Positions 62,067-64,000 of a stretch of 64,000 nt of DNA are shown here, piece by piece (the first letter of the stretch is position 1; each line of letters starts with the position of its first letter). Both the position numbers and the translations under genes were made by a program. The stretch lies in NCBI GenBank assembly GCA_004431415.1, contig QPMI01000490.1, positions 71,065 to 135,064 of the forward strand, in the 5' to 3' direction. Under the pieces are notes generated by a model. It ran no database searches, had not been told where the DNA came from, and worked only from the letters and a program-made list of their open reading frames with translations. The stretch comes from Cyanophora paradoxa CCMP329. Taxonomy: Eukaryota; Plantae; Glaucophyta.

Positions 62067-63432
62067 ATGGATATCACTTCCACTCTTCAAAGACTTTCGC
62101 TGAAAGAAGCCCTAACAACCCAGAAGAGGCGAAAGCCTTTTTCCTGGATAACTCCTTATGCTTGGTCTCGAATCCAAATCTAAGCCAGTTCTAGTTGTTG
62201 TGAATCCCAGCAATACTTTTGAGAATAATGTTGGAAATCGCATTTCCTTCAAGCTACCTCGCTACAATTTCTGTGGAAAACTCGAACTTGCTTTCGACCT
62301 TCCAGCCATCACGTTTGCTGGTGATACTGACCTAGTTCGCAATGGATACACTCGCCAGTTGGTGCTTTAGTTCAGCGACTTGAAATTACCTATGGATCTT
62401 ACACCTACCATATTCCATCTGATTTCCTTGCTCATTTCCCCCTGGTCTATTATTCGGAGGATCAACTAGCTAAAAAGAAGCGATCAATGGGCATGGTTCA
62501 TGGCATCCCTGCTCATGGAACCAACCGCCTTGGTGGCTCATTCTTTGTTGAAATTCCTGTGCCTTGGCTAAATCACTACCTTCCCCTTGGTGCTTTATCT
62601 GGTGAAATGGTTGTTACTGTTTGGTTTAAGGATGCTGGAAAGGGTTATGTTGAAACTTCCTATGGTGGTCGCTCTCTCCCTGTTGTTGGTGGGACAGTTG
62701 CTGATAAGACAGAAGATGATGGTCTTGGTGATACTGCTAATGCCACACTTGCCCATGTTGGTCAAAATATCACAACTTTCAGTCTTGGTGCAACAACTCC
62801 TGTTATTTCTATTACTTCTCCTCGCCTTTACATGCATGCTATTAATGTTTCTGATGAGCTTTTCGCTACTGTAATTGAAAAGGTTAAGACTACTGGCATG
62901 GCTATTCCTGCTCTAGATATTGGATTTGTAGATGCTAGTGCTTTCCCTGCCAAGGGCAATGCCCAACCCAATCGAATTAACCTCTCTCAAATCTCAGGTC
63001 TTGTATATGCTCTGCTTGTTTCAGTTCGTGATCATGAAACTGTTGACAAATCCAATGGCTCCCACAGTGTTCTTAAGACCTATGCCAACTCCAAAGACAT
63101 CACATTCACAACTGAAATAAATGGACAGCGACTTTTTGCCACTGAGCCAATTTCCCTACTCAAAGGTGCTGAGCTAATTGCTGATGCCTTCAAATGCTCT
63201 AACATGGATAAGGTTGCTGATCGCTATGTCCTTTCAGGACTCCCATTCTGCCTTGATGGAGAAAAGGCAATTCGAAATATTGCTCAAAGTGGATTTGTTG
63301 ACCTGACAAATCCTCATCTTCATTCCTCACCCTCTACATGCCTTCAGATAAGACATTGATGTTAATGTTCGCGCTCTCATGCATAGCTTCATTATTGTAG
63401 ACAAAGATGGATTACGTCGTATAAATTTGTAG
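62067..63432 (+). CDS. Major capsid protein, double jelly-roll, PLV/virophage type (~455 aa joined, about three frameshifts)
   Basis: Motifs are GNRISFKLPR..GKLELAFDLP, LVQRLEITYG, FFVEIPVPW..YLPLGALSGEMVVTVWF and RINLSQISGLVYALLVSVR. The size and the adjacent pentons fit. Confidence 0.75.
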
Positions 63433-63503
63433 TAATCTTACCATTTCTCGTAAGGCATTTAAAGAAAAAATGATTATTTATTTTGAAATCTTTTACAAAG
63501 TAA

Positions 63504-64000
63504 ATGTCTTATACTACTAAGTCCTTTATCGAAAAAGCTGTCGAAGTGCATGGCTATAATTTATGATTACTCTAAAGTTATCTATGAAGGGACCATGAAG
63601 AAGATTAATATTATATGCAACACCTGCAAGACTGAGTTTTGGCAAGCTGCTCATAGTCATATTAATCAGAAATGTGGTTGTCCCTCATGTGGGAATATTA
63701 AAAAGGGAATGTCAAATAGATTAACCACTGAACAGTTTGTCAAAGAGCGACGGAAAAGCATGGAATCTTTATGACTATTCAGAATCTGTTTATTATTAAG
63801 GGAGAAGACCCTATTAAAATATTCTGTAAGAAATGTCCCAAGAGTATTTCAATCAAAAGCCACAAACACATGCATGGTGATGGGCATGCAAAATGTAAAT
63901 GGATCGCATCAAAGATCGCATCAAAGATAAGTTGCAAATGGGGATTGAGAAATTCACAGAGAGAGCTTTTGAAACTCTATGGAGATAACTACGATTTATC
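63504..64000 (+). CDS. DUF723-like repeat protein, probable homing-type endonuclease (frameshifted, truncated by the window end)
   Basis: MSYTTKSFIEKAVEVHG..YDYSKVIY..KINIICNTC..FWQAAHSHINQKCGCPSCG..LTTEQFV, followed by further repeats. Confidence 0.7.

Larger units (their letters stand above)
48798..64000. mobile_element. Endogenous Polinton-like virus / virophage-like element (left part; continues beyond the window)
   Basis: There is a sharp GC-to-AT switch inside a host exon and a structured non-coding terminus. Compact intronless genes include a DJR major capsid, two minor capsids, a lipase and a fibre. Confidence 0.85.

Noticed and set aside
48798-64000. Tailed bacteriophage prophage or bacterial contamination
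   Set aside because: The capsid genes are jelly-roll type, no terminase or portal is seen, no Shine-Dalgarno pattern is evident, and the junction lies within a eukaryotic exon. A chimeric join cannot be fully excluded without reads.

Overview
The window has two compartments. Bases 1-48797 are GC-rich, intron-dense eukaryotic DNA from an alga or protist, with short introns and many GC-AG donors. This part carries a giant fibrocystin-L/PKHD1L1-like gene (-), a TmcB/TmcC-like membrane protein (+), a TPR-CCCH-RING gene (-) bracketed by a 60-bp direct repeat, a P-loop-TPR gene with one repeat per 126-bp exon (-), an unknown gene (+), an F-box-like/LRR/ankyrin gene (+) and a HECT E3 ligase (+). At 48798 the sequence switches abruptly, inside the HECT domain, to AT-rich intronless DNA that runs past the window end. 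This is best read as an integrated Polinton-like virus (PLV) or virophage-like element. It encodes a double-jelly-roll major capsid, two head-to-head minor capsids, a patatin lipase, a ~5.5-kb modular fibre gene with an S74 chaperone, two paralogues sharing an N-terminus, an AdoMet-decarboxylase-family enzyme and DUF723-like zinc proteins. The most unusual part is its ~1.4-kb non-coding left end. A 285-bp segment closed by a perfect 29-bp inverted repeat is followed by three to four different iteron/origin-like modules, partly delimited by a 31-bp direct repeat. Many viral genes and a few host exons carry single-base frameshifts, from either decay or assembly error. All domain calls were made by eye and exon boundaries are approximate unless stated. 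Packaging ATPase, polymerase/helicase and integrase genes are not in the window.
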